Positions 25,729-38,600 of a stretch of 64,000 bases of DNA are shown piece after piece. Source of the DNA: Eledone cirrhosa (lineage: Eukaryota); the NCBI GenBank assembly GCA_964016885.1, contig OZ024744.1, positions 26,040,001-26,104,000 on the forward strand, in the 5' to 3' direction. Each line of letters opens with the position of its first letter. Position 1 is the first letter of the stretch. The notes below the pieces were generated by a model. That model had not been told where the DNA came from. It worked only from the letters and a program-made list of their open reading frames with translations, and did not search any database. Made by a program: the position numbers and the translations under genes.

Positions 25729-26623
25729 AATAACAACAACAGCAAGGAAAACCAAAATACGATCAACAATAGAAGAAATAAAAAAAACCCACAGTAGAGG
25801 AGTCTAAATAAATTAATGAATAAATGAATACAAGAATAAGAATAGAAGAATGAACAAGAGAATAGAAGAATACATAATAAAACAAGAATAGAGTACATAA
25901 TAAAACTATAGAAAAGCCAGAAAACGTCAAACACCAATAAACAATACTTTCTTCACCACAATCTACTTATCTCTCTTTCTCTCTCATCTTTATACCTCTC
26001 TTTCTTTCTTTATTTCTTTCTTTCTCACGTATCTTTATATCTACCTCTCTTTCTTTCTCTCTCTATATCTATCCCTCTATATCTCTCTCTCTATCTCTCT
26101 ATCTTTATCTCTCTATCTCTCTTTCTTTCTCACGTATATTTATATCTACCTCTCTTTCTTTCTCTCTCTACCTCTCTTTCTCTCTCTCTATCTCTCTTTC
26201 TTTCTCACGTATCTTTTCTCTCTCTCTCTTTCTCTCTCTATATCTCTATCTCTATAACTCTTCCTTTATCTCTATCGTTCTCTCTCTCCCTTTTGTCATC
26301 TATTGTCTCCCTCTCATTTTCCCTCTCTTTCTCATCCTCTCTTTCATCTATTCACTCTCTTTCCCTCTCTTCTCTTCTGTCCCTTTCTCTTTATCTCTAT
26401 CGTTCTCTGCCTCCCTTTTTCTATCTCTATATCTCTCTAACTCCATCTCTATCTCTCCCTCTCTCCCTCTTTCTCTATCTTTCTCTATATCTCTCTATCT
26501 CTCTCTCGCTCCCTCTTTCTCTCTCTTTCTCTATATCTCCCTCTCTCTACATTTATATATTCATTGATCAATTTATTGTATCTTATCTATCTATATTTAA
26601 CATGAATGTAGTTATCACAGTTT

Positions 26624-26706
<83 letters not shown>

Positions 26707-26710
<4 letters not shown>

Positions 26711-27100
26711 AGCAGATGTACCCGGCGTTGCTCGGGAAATGAATGACAGCCTGAATTGTTCAAGGTCGTTTATGGCTCAGCTAGCAATTTGTGAGTGCAT
26801 GTCAGCTTATGTCAGCTAATTGGCTAGCCAATGAGAGGTCGCCTAAATAGCACGTGCCAAATTGGCCTAGTACTTCAAAAGTTAAAAGGAGCCTAGTATT
26901 TGTACACAGACAGATAGACACACAAAATCGATTTTTCGGCCCCAATATCGATTTTTTTTCAAATTTGTTTTTGTCCCAAACCTGCTCTGGAATATAACCA
27001 ACATGTGTGCATAATTTGCTTGAAATCGGCCTAGTACTTAAAAAGTTAAAAGGGGCCTAGTATTTGTACAAAAAATCGATTTTTCGGCCCCAATATAGAT
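26707..27100 (+). mobile_element. Non-autonomous Helitron/Helentron-like element
   Basis: Begins TACTAGCAGATGTACCCGGCGTTGCTCGGG (ACTAG plus a subterminal hairpin) within (TA)n. It has a short ACAG-like repeat and an internal duplication (about 26864-26952 vs 27028-27100). Confidence 0.55.
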
Positions 27101-27266
27101 ATATATATATATATAGATATATATATATATATAGATATATATATATATATATATCACCCTCTCTCCATCCCACTGTCTCATCTCTCTTGTCACAATAAAC
27201 AGTGCCTCACTCTCTTTCACTCTTTATCTCTCACTCTCACTCTTTTCCCCCCTCTTTCTCATTATA

Positions 27267-27311
<45 letters not shown>

Positions 27312-27635
27312 TATATATATATGTATATATATTCATACGGAACCGGTCGTTGAATTGATCATAGTATAATAAACCATTCAAGGATTTAGACAAGTCCAGC
27401 CCCCTGTTATTTTATTATAATTATATATATATATATATATATATATAAATACACATATATATATACCCATCTCTGTCTCACTATCTATCTATCACTATCT
27501 ATCACTGGCCTTTTATTACCCCTCTTCTTATACCTCCATTTCTCTCTACTGTTCTCTCTATCTCTCTATTGACTCTCACTCTCTTCTTTTCACTGCACCA
27601 TCTTTCTCTCATTATGACTGGCTCTCTCAGGGTCA

Positions 27636-27820
27636 GATTGCCAGTATCGCTAGAGGGTCGGACGTCATGCCTTGCAGCATAGAGTTACGGCCCTTTACCA
27701 TATAAGTTCAAATCCCGCCGAGGTTAACTTTGCTTTTCATCTTTACGGGGTCGATAAAATAAAGTACCAGTAATACACTGGGATAATTGTTGGCCTTGTG
27801 CCAAAAGTAGAAACAATTAT
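27636..27820 (+). mobile_element. SINE family A copy
   Basis: Collinear with 5019-5210. Confidence 0.85.
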
Positions 27821-27980
27821 GAGTGACTCTCTAAACAGAATACTTCCCTTTCTTTCCCTCATGTATATATTTATGTATATATATATATATATGTAGAAGG
27901 TGAGTAATATTGTAGAACAATAAACATATGCATATATCAGATAAGTAGCACTCAACAGTTGGTAGAATTGGAGTATATAT

Positions 27981-28173
27981 TAAAGAAGAAATTAAAAGAT
28001 GGTTAAAAAAGTTCCATATATTTTATTATCCGCATTTCGAAAACATCATCCTATGACAAAAAGTGCTATTATGCCTCATATCATGTTACCTTATTTTATG
28101 TCCTAGGATGATGTTGTTTTCGAAATGCGCATAATATAATATTTGGAACTTTTTTAACCATCTTTTAATTTCT

Positions 28174-28180
<7 letters not shown>
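27981..28180. repeat. Inverted repeat (arms about 75 bp)
   Basis: aaagaagaaattaaaagatggttaaaaaagttcca pairs with tggaacttttttaaccatcttttaatttcttcttt. Confidence 0.9.
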
Positions 28181-28255
<75 letters not shown>

Positions 28256-28280
28256 GCATATATATATATATATATATATA

Positions 28281-28467
<187 letters not shown>

Positions 28468-28629
28468 GTAAGTATGGAAGTTACACCACATCAATTAGGT
28501 AGATATGTATGTATGTATGCATGCATGCATGTGTAGATATGGATGTTATTGTATGTATGGATGTGGATGTTTTGAGTTGTATGTGTGCATGTATATATGC
28601 TTTGTATCTGTACATGTGCATATGCAGTT

Positions 28630-29730
28630 ATTTGATGCAACATATTTCTGCTGTTCCATTAATGGATTGTACTTGTAATTTCCTAACTAGTTATGTTCTT
28701 TCTGTTTCTGTGAAGCCCAGTTTCTCAAGATTTGTATTGAGGCAGTTACTAACATACCCCAGTGCCCCAATAACCACAGACATAAATCTGAAAGTGTAAT
28801 CAGGGTGGAGTATCTGCAGATTTCTCATCAGTTCTGCATAAATATTCTCCTTTTCGCTAATCTTTGATATTATATTGTTATCTGCTGGGCAGCTAATTTC
28901 CACTACTGTGCATGTTTTCTTCTCCCTGTCCCATATCATAATATCTGGTCTGTTATGCCTGCATTTTATTGGGGTTTTTACTGGAACATTCCACCAGTAC
29001 TCTTTCATATTATGTACGTGGATGTCTTCCACATTGTTGTAGATTTTAATGTGTTTATTATCGAGGCTATATTTTTTACGAACTGCATTCTACAGTGTTT
29101 TGGCCACTACATCATGCCTCATAGGTAGATAGTACCGCGATGACATCTTTGGACAGCTGCTGATGACATGGGTGATATCCTCGATGTTAGTTCTGCAGTG
29201 TCTGCACTTGTTATCGCATCTAGGTGTTTTGCCTGCATCCCTATTTCTTTTGTGAATCAGGTATTTCGTGTTAATCCCTTGTACTTGGATTGCAAAAGCG
29301 TATCCTTCAAATGGGAGCCAATATAGCGGTTGTTGGTCCGAGATAGACTACTTTCCTTATCTATATTACTCTCATTCTGGAGTTTCCTGGCAACATATCC
29401 ATGCATGATTTTTTGCTGATAGGCATGCAGTTTTTCATCCATGGGTTCATTGCGATACTGCTGAGCGACTTTCCTGGGTGTGAGTTTTTGATTATCACAA
29501 AGGGAATATCTCCCGAGGTGTTCCTTCCCAACTCTCATGATCTTATCTGTTTCATGCAGATAGACTTGCTCGAGAAACGGGCTCCTAAGCTTCGAGGTTC
29601 GTAGATGTTGTAGGAGAGATATGATGCAACATTCAAATGTTGTCTGGACTGATGTTAGGCCTCGGCCTCCCTGCTTACGTTTCAAGTAACGGGGGTCTAT
29701 GTCACTGTTGATGTGGAAGTTTCCGGTGTA
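28630..29730 (-). mobile_element. Decayed R4/Dong-like non-LTR retrotransposon 3' fragment (post-RT region, CCHC knuckle, RLE)
   Basis: Motifs HINSDID..YLKRKQGGRGL, CRHCRTNIEDITHVISSC (C-x2-C-x8-H-x4-C), MRHDVVAK, HNRPDIMIWDREKKTCTVVEISCP, VIGALG and LQVQSINGT are present. It contains stops and frameshifts and is flanked by TGTA-type microsatellite. Confidence 0.85.
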
Positions 29731-30574
29731 TGTATGCATGTATTATGCCAGGTCACCAGTTGGTGCTACTGGTAACATGTATCCCAGTACAACCTGTCTC
29801 ATGGTCGGGTCGTTGGCGACTAAACTGGCAACCCCACCAAGGTTTCTTGGTGAGGAGGGTGACTTTGGACATCCTGCAGGACTAAAAACAAAACCTGTCA
29901 AAGGGCAAAGGAGCTCTTAAGAGTCAATGGCCATCCAAAATCACCGGGAGAGATGACCCCTTAGCCTTTGTCAAGGCAGAATTCTAGAAGGAAAACTCTG
30001 ATATAACCCCTGCAACCCTGATGGTATCCAATGATGTTGACTTGTTCTTCTTTTTGGTAAATATCATCTTGGTTAAGAGAGTGGGACAGGCTTTGTGCAG
30101 TGCATTTGCTCACTATAAAAGCTTCACGGCACAGGCATTGCTTTATATCTGGAGATCTCTCTGCACTTGTCGTCACATGGTACCATGGGCCCAGCACTAT
30201 GTGTCAATAATTGTCACAAGTGTAGTGTTTGTACCAGAGTTTTCAAGTCGCTGGCTGGACTAAAAAGTCACACTCGTTCAGCCAATCGGTAGGGGTTCTC
30301 CTACATCGATATAAAGTAGTGGCCGTACTCGAAAACGAGTTGGCAGCTACCATGTCAGTATGTATGTATGCATGTATGTATGTATATACAAAGGGCGGAA
30401 GAACTCATAAGAATCAACGGTCATCCTAATGTGTGTAAATATGTATATACTCATGTAATTATGTATGTATATGTGTATATACATCGGTGCATGTGTATGT
30501 ATATGCGCGGGGACATAGAAAAAGTCGGGCTGGACAACCGATCGCGCGGTTAAACCGCTGGGAGTGAAGGACCC

Positions 30575-30852
30575 CTAGCTTTTGTCAGGGCATTCTTCTA
30601 GGAGAAGGCAACTCAGGAAACTGGGATAACTCCGATATAAAACCTGCGGCTCAGTAGTTTCCGATGATGTTGATCTTTTCTTCTTTTCGGGTTATAGCTA
30701 CTGTCACTCAGAGAGTGGGATTGGCTCAGTGCACAGTCTTTCCTCACTTTAGAAAATATCTTCACGCACAGGCATTGCAATATAGAATTAATTAATAATT
30801 ATTAATGATGGTGTAACGTGCAATGGCCATACTCGATAACGAGGGGGCAGCT
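30575..30852 (+). mobile_element. Interspersed repeat (family C), with a diverged relative at about 29955-30160
   Basis: Matches 22630-22886 in the opposite orientation. Confidence 0.75.
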
Positions 30853-31841
30853 ATCATATATGTATGTAAGTATATATGTATGTATGTGTTTGTGTATGTA
30901 TGTATGTTTGTATGTATGTATGCAAGCGTGTATGTGTGTATGTATGTATGTGTTTGTGTATTATGTATGTAAGTATTTATGCTTTGTGTTGCGTCCTTAA
31001 GCAAGCCACTTTATTTCACGTTGCTCCAGTTTACTAACTCTAAAATTGAGTAGTGACGTCACTGGTACCATGCCCTATAAGCCAGTACCTCTCGCTTGGA
31101 CAACATCGTATATAGTGTATATATGGTGTATATATATAGTTTATATATGATATATAGTGCATATTAATGTTGTGACGTCACTGGTGCCAAGTTATATCAG
31201 CCATTACCTTTCCCTTGGACATCATTGTATATAGTGTATATATGGTGTATATATATAGTGTATATATAGTGTATATATAGTGTATATATATTGTATATAT
31301 ATATAGTGTATAACTAGTGTATATATAGTGTACATATAGTATATATATTGATATAGTGCATAGTAATGTTGTGACGTCACTGGTGCCAAGCTGTATCAGT
31401 CGTTGCTTTTTCCTTGGGCAACGTCGTATATACTGTATATATGGTGTATATATATATATAGTGTATATATATAGTATATAGTATATATATAGTGAATATA
31501 TAGTGTATATATGGTGTATATATAGTGTATAACTAGTGTATATGTGTGTGTGTGTTGGTCTGTGTATTTGTGTGTGCGTGCGTCTTTGTGCGTCAGTGTA
31601 AGTGTGTATGTGTCTGTGTATGTGTGTATATATGTGTATATGTGTGGATATGTGTGTGTGTGCATGTGTGTCTGCGTAAGTGTGTGTGTATATGTCTGTG
31701 TGTTTGCGTGTGTTTGTGATTTTGTATGTGTATATGTGTGTGCTTGTATGTGTACGTGTATTTGTGAGTTGGTATGTGTCTGTGTAAGTGTGTGTGTGTG
31801 TATATATATATGCGTGTGCGTGTATGTGTGTGTGGGTATAT

Positions 31842-31913
<72 letters not shown>

Positions 31914-31974
31914 ATGTGTGTATATGCCTATGTGTTTGTGAGTTGAGGTGTCTGTGTTTGTGTGTGTTCGCTAT

Positions 31975-32018
<44 letters not shown>

Positions 32019-32022
32019 GTTA

Positions 32023-32215
32023 GGCGGTGGATTGACAGTATCGGTAGAGAGTCAGACGCCATGCTTTGCAGCATAGAGTTACGGCCCTTGCCATTCTGAG
32101 TTCAAATCTCGCCGAGGTTAACTTTGCCTTTCATCCATACGTGGTCGATAAAATAAAGTACCAGTAATACACTGGTGTAATTGCTGGCCTTGTGCCAAAA
32201 GTAGAAACAATTATT
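32023..32215 (+). mobile_element. SINE family A copy inserted in (ATT)n
   Basis: Collinear with 5019-5210, with (att)n on both sides. Confidence 0.87.
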
Positions 32216-32391
32216 ATTATTATTGTTATTATTGTTGTCATTATTATTTATGTTCATATTGTACTTTTCTCACTCTTGTTTCGATCTATCATTCTTTTTT
32301 TCAGCACCACAGCCACACCTCTACAGCTACTGAACAACGAAACATAATGTTTCTCTCTTTCAATAAACACACACACGCGCGCACACAGACG

Positions 32392-32422
<31 letters not shown>

Positions 32423-32469
32423 ATTCACACATATATTTATACATATGTGTGTGTGTGTTTGTATTTATG

Positions 32470-32545
<76 letters not shown>

Positions 32546-32609
32546 TATATGCATATATATATATACGTATAAAATTATATATATAATATATTCATATGCA
32601 TATATTTTC

Positions 32610-32734
<125 letters not shown>

Positions 32735-32873
32735 TATATATAAATGCATATATATATATATATATGCATATATATCCGTATACATATAACGAGGGAAGTG
32801 TGGTAAGAAACCATGTGGACCATAACGCATATATATATATACATATATATATATATGTGTGTAAATAACCCCT

Positions 32874-32985
<112 letters not shown>

Positions 32986-33157
32986 TGTTTGGTGTAGGTA
33001 GGTATGTATATATGTATGCATGTATATATACTTGTATCTATCTACCTATCTCTTTTATCTGCTCCTTTCTTTGTGTCTCTCTTTCTTTCTGTCTCTGCTT
33101 TTTCCTCTTTATCTCAGTCTTTCTCTCTTTATATGAACATATTCATTTGTGTATGCA

Positions 33158-33215
<58 letters not shown>

Positions 33216-33427
33216 GGTGTGTGTGTGTATATATACCACTTCAGTCATCCATCCTCATATCTCTCTACTCATCATTCATATATGTATGTATCTATCTATC
33301 GATGTATTTATCTATCAATGCATCTATCAGTTTATCTTTATACAGACGCACACAAGCAAATATATATATATATATATATATATATGCATATATAAATATA
33401 TATGCATATATATGCACACACACACAG

Positions 33428-33485
<58 letters not shown>

Positions 33486-34670
33486 CTTTGCTGCTGCTTG
33501 TGTGTGATATTATGTGCGTCAAATTGGACACACATAAATAAATTATATGATTATTGTAAGTACTTTCCCCGTTCAGTTTAATAAGAACACATCAAACGTG
33601 TGTTTCTTGTTAAGCTGGGCGAAACCAAGCTTCTGACAGAGAGACTAGGTGAGAGAAAGGGAAAGAGAGAAAGAAAGATAGATAGAAATAAAGAAAGAAA
33701 AAGACAGAAAACGAGAAAAAAAAAACTACACGATTTTCTCTTCTTTTAGGCAATAAATCAAAAGTCGATCGGAGTATCGATCAGATCTTTTCACAGAGAT
33801 CATTTATCAATGTCGAGATTTTGCTTTTCTCTGGTTTTTGATATTTTTGTAGACAGGGATTAGGGAAGTTACTTGATGAAAGAACTTCCATAACAGTCCG
33901 TATTCACAAAGATAATGGTAATATTTTTTTTTTTAAGGGACAAGAAAAGGATAAAGATAAACGAGTAGCACCTTCAGATTTGAAGACCCTGTGTCTTTTG
34001 TGGTTAAGTCTTAATAGCTTACATTTTCACTAGTTAGACAAGGTGTCTGACAAATGTGATCTGTACATGAACCGGGAGAGATTTAAGGGTGATACACAAG
34101 TTAGGATATACTGAAACACAAGTATAAAATCTAAATATTGCCAATATATTGCAATGAACAATAAGAGTGAAGGATGAAGTAAGTGAACCTACTTATATAA
34201 CGAAAGCAAAGATTGTTTAATGTTGAAGGGTGTACCGGGGGGAAGGTGGTTGTGGTATTGGTGGCGGCGGTTAAAGGCAGTGATAGTGATGGCAGTTGAT
34301 GGTGTTGGTAGTGGCGGCGGCGGGCTGTGGGTTAAAGGCAAGCAAACGGCGGTAAATAGATGGGGGTAGAGAAAGGTGGAGGAGAGGAGATGGAAGATGG
34401 AGGGGAAAAAAAGAAAAGTAAAAATGATTGATTGAAAGATTAAGATTAAAAGAAATAAGCCAAAAACAAAATGAAGAGAGAAAAAATAACAAATAACTGG
34501 GGGAGGGGGGGATGATGGGAGAAGGGGGTGGCGGAGGAGGGAGGGAGGAGGAGGTAAGGCTAAGAAAAGATAGGGGAAAATTAAAGAGAAAGAAAAAAAA
34601 AGAGGAGGGACAAAAAAATATGGTAACACTACTATAACCACAACAACGACAACAACAAACAGCAGGATTT

Positions 34671-34890
34671 AGAAGAAGAAGAAGAAGAAGAAGAAGAAGA
34701 AGAAGAAGAAGAAGAAGAAGAAGGAGAAGAAAGAGAAGGAGAAGAAGAAAGAGAAGGAAAAGAAGAAGAAGAAGAAGAAGAAGAAGATGAAGAAGAAGAA
34801 GAAGAAGAAGAAGAAGAAGAAGAAGAAGAAGAAGAAGAAGAAGAAGAAGAAGAAGAAGAAGAAGAAGAAGAAGAAGAAGAAGAAGAAAAA
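34671..34890. repeat. (GAA)n microsatellite
   Basis: Near-perfect run. Confidence 0.97.
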
Positions 34891-35091
34891 AGAAAAAATA
34901 TAGTGTAAAAATGTGAATGAGGATAAGAAAAAGAAATAAAGACAAAGATTGTAAAGATGACTTATGGTAGGATGGGTGGGAAAGGAAGAGTGTGGTGGGT
35001 GGGTGGGAGTGGGGGCAGGAGAGAGAGATAAAAGAAGATATGAAGAAGAAAGAAACTGTAACGACGTAAGATTGAAAAATAAAGGAACGAA

Positions 35092-35130
<39 letters not shown>

Positions 35131-35175
35131 TCGTTCATCATCGTTTAACGTCCGTGTTCCACGCTTGCATGGGTT

Positions 35176-35234
<59 letters not shown>

Positions 35235-35271
35235 GTGTGTGTATATATCTATATAAATATTTATATATATA

Positions 35272-35331
<60 letters not shown>

Positions 35332-35428
35332 TATATATATATGTGTATATATATATATAAATATATATATATATGTGTATATATATATATATATATATAA
35401 ATATATGTGTATGTATATACAGTTTCAT

Positions 35429-35603
35429 ATTCTGGCACGGGGCTAACAATTTGGGGTAGGGAGGTTCGTTTAAATAGACTCACGCCCCAGTGCATTACTG
35501 GTACTTTATTTAATCGACTCCGTTACAATGAAGGGCAAGGTTAACCTCGGCGGGATTTGATCTCAGAACGTAAAGGGTCGTAACTTTGTGCCACCAAGCA
35601 TGT
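35429..35603 (-). mobile_element. Diverged SINE family A copy just before the satellite
   Basis: Contains cattactggtactttattt..atcgac...aaggttaacctcggcgggatttga. Confidence 0.75.
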
Positions 35604-35680
35604 TGAAACTGCCACTCCTCGGCTCTCGTATGTACGATACAAGATTACAGGGTAAATTCAGAAAGAGGTACTGGGAAACA

Positions 35681-38600
35681 AGTGGTGCTGGTGGTTGTGG
35701 TCATGGTGGTAGTAGTTGTTGTGTCATGGTGGTAGTATTGATGGTGAAGCTTGTGGTAGTTGTGGTGGTAGTGGTGGTAGTGGTGCTGGTGGTTGTGGTC
35801 ATGGTGGTAGTAGTTGTTGTGTCATGGTGGTAGTATTGATGCTGAAGCTTGTGGTTGTTGTGGTGGTAGTGGTGGTAGTGGTGCTGGTGGTTGTGGTCAT
35901 GGTGGTAGTAGTTGTTGTGTCATGGTGGTAGTATTGATGGTGAAGCTTGTGGTAGTTGTGGTGGTAGTGGTGGTAGTGGTGCTGGTGGTTGTGGTCATGG
36001 TGGTAGCAGTTGTTGTGTCATGGTGGTAGTATTGATGGTGAACTTTGTGGTAGTTGTGGTGGTAGTGGTGGTAGTGGTGCTGGTAGTTGTGGTCATGGTG
36101 GTAGCAGTTGTTGTGTCATGGCGGTAGTATTGATGGTGAAGCTTGTGGTAGTTGTGGTGGTAGTGGTGCTGGTAGTTGTGGTCATGGTGGTAGCAGTTGT
36201 TGTGTCATGGCGGTAGTATTGATGGTGAAGCTGGTGGTAGTTGTGGTGGTAGTGGTGGTAGTGGTGCTGATGGTAGTGGTCATGGTGGTAGCAGTTGTTC
36301 TGTCATGGTGGTGGTATTGATGGTGAAGCTTGTGGTAGTTGTGGTGGTAGTGGTGGTAGTGGTGCTGGTGGTTGTGGTCATGGTGGTAGCAGTTGTTGTG
36401 TCATGGTGGTAGTATTGATGGTGAAGCTTGTGGTAGTTGTGGTGGTAGTGGTGGTAGTGGTGCTGATGGTAGTGGTCATGGTGGTAGCAGTTGTTGTGTC
36501 ATGGTGGTAGTATTAATGGTGAAGCTTGTGGTAGTTGTGGTGGTAGTGGTGGTAGTGGTGCTGGTGGTTGTGGTCATGGTGGTAGCAGTTGTTGTGTCAT
36601 GGTGATGGTATTGATGGTGAAGCTTGTGGTAGTTGTGGTGGTAGTGGTGGTAGTGGTGCTGATGGTAGTGGTCATGGGGGTAGCAGTTGTTGTGTCATGG
36701 TGGTAGTATTGATGGTGAAGCTTGTGGTAATTGTGGTAGTTGTGGTGGTAGTGGTGCTGGTGGTTGTGGTCATGGTGGTAGCAGTTGTTGTGTCATGGTG
36801 GTGGTATTGATGGTGAAGCTTGTGGTAGTTGTGGTGGTAGTGGTGGTAGTGGTGGTAGTGGTGTTGGTGGTTGTGGTGATGGTGGTAGCAGTTGTTCTGT
36901 CATGGTGGTGGTATTGATGGTGAAGCTTGTGGTAGTTGTGGTGGTAGTGGTGGTAGTGGTGCTGGTGGTTGTGGTCATGGTGGTAGCAGTTGTTGTGTCA
37001 TGGTGGTAGTATTGATGGTGAAGCTTGTGGTAGTTGTGGTGGTAGTGGTGGTAGTGGTGCTGGTGGTTGTGGTCATGGTGGTAGCTGTTGTTGTGTCATG
37101 GTGATGGTATTGATGGTGAAGCTTGTGGTAGTTGTAGTGGTAGTGGTGGTAGTGGTGCTGATGGTAGTGGTCATGGTGGTAGCAGTTGTTCTGTCATGGT
37201 GGTAGTATTGATGGAGAAGCTTGTGGTAGTTGTGGTGGTAGTGGTGGTAGTGGTACTGGTGGTTGTGGTCATGGTGGTAGCAGTTGTTGTGTCATGGTGG
37301 TAGTATTGATGGTGAAGCTTGTGGTAGTTGTGGTGGTAGTGGTGGTAGTGGTGCTGATGGTAGTGGTCATGGTTATAGCAGTTGTTGTGTCATGGTGGTA
37401 GTATTGATTATGAAGCTTGTGGTAATTGTGGTAGTTGTGGTGGTAGTGGTGCTGGTGGTTGTGGTCATGGTGGTAGCAGTTGTTGTGTCATGGTGGTGGT
37501 ATTGATGGTGAAGCTTGTGGTTGTTGTGGTGGTAGTGGTGGTAGTGGTGCTGGTGGTTGTGGTCATGGTGGTAGCAGTTGTTGTGTCATGGTGGTTGTAT
37601 TGATGGTGAAGCTTGTGGTAGTTGTGGTGGTAGTGGTGGTAGTGGTGCTGATGGTAGTGGTCATGGTGGTAGCAGTTGTTCTGTCATGGTGGTGGTATTG
37701 ATGGTGAAGCTTGTGGTAGTTGTGGTGGTAGTGGTGGTAGTGGTGCTGATGGTAGTGGTCATGGTGGTAGCAGTTGTTCTGTCATGGTGGTGGTATTGAT
37801 GGTGAAGCTTGTGGTAGTTGTGGTGGTAGTGGTGGTAGTGGTGCTGGTGGTTGTGGTCATGGTGGTAGCAGTTGTTGTGTCATGGTGGTAGTATTGATGG
37901 TGAAGCTTGTGGTAGTTGTGGTGGTAGAGGTGGTAGTGGTGCTGGTGGTTGTGGTCATGGTGGTAGCAGTTGTTGTGTCATGGTGGTAGTATTGATGGTG
38001 AAGCTTGTGGTAGTTGTGGTAGTTGTGGTGGTAGTGGTGCTGGTGGTTGTGGTCATGGTGGTAGCAGTTGTTGTGTCATGGTGGTAGTATTGATGGTGAA
38101 GCTTGTGGTAGTTGTGGTGGTAGTGGTGGTAGTGGTGCTGATGGTAGTGGTCATGGTGGTAGCAGTTGTTGTGTCATGGTGGTAGTATTGATGGTGAAGC
38201 TTGTGGTAGTTGTGGTGGTAGTGGTGGTAGTGGTGCCGGTGGTTGTGGTCATGGTGGTAGCAGTTGTTGTGTCATGGTGGTAGTATTGATGGTGAACTTT
38301 GTGGTAGTTGTGGTGGTAGTGGTGGTAGTGGTGGTAGTGGTGCTGGTGGTTGTGGTCATGGTGGTAGCTGTTGTTGTGTCATGGTGGTAGTATTGATGGT
38401 GAAGCTTGTGGTAGTTGTGGTGGTAGTGGTGGTAGTGGTGCTGGTGGTTGTGGTCATGGTGGTAGCAGTTGTTGTGTCATGGTGATGGTATTGATGGTGA
38501 AGCTTGTGGTAGTTGTGGTAGTTGTGGTGGTAGTGGTGCTGGTGGTTGTGGTCATGGTGGTAGCAGTTGTTGTGTCATGGTGGTAGTATTGATGGTGAAG

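Noticed and set aside
33730-34190. Unique-looking sequence with an acceptor-like ttttag and a gtaagt
   Set aside because: The plus-strand frames checked contain stops and there is no recognisable domain. It may be an old transposon remnant or a non-coding exon.
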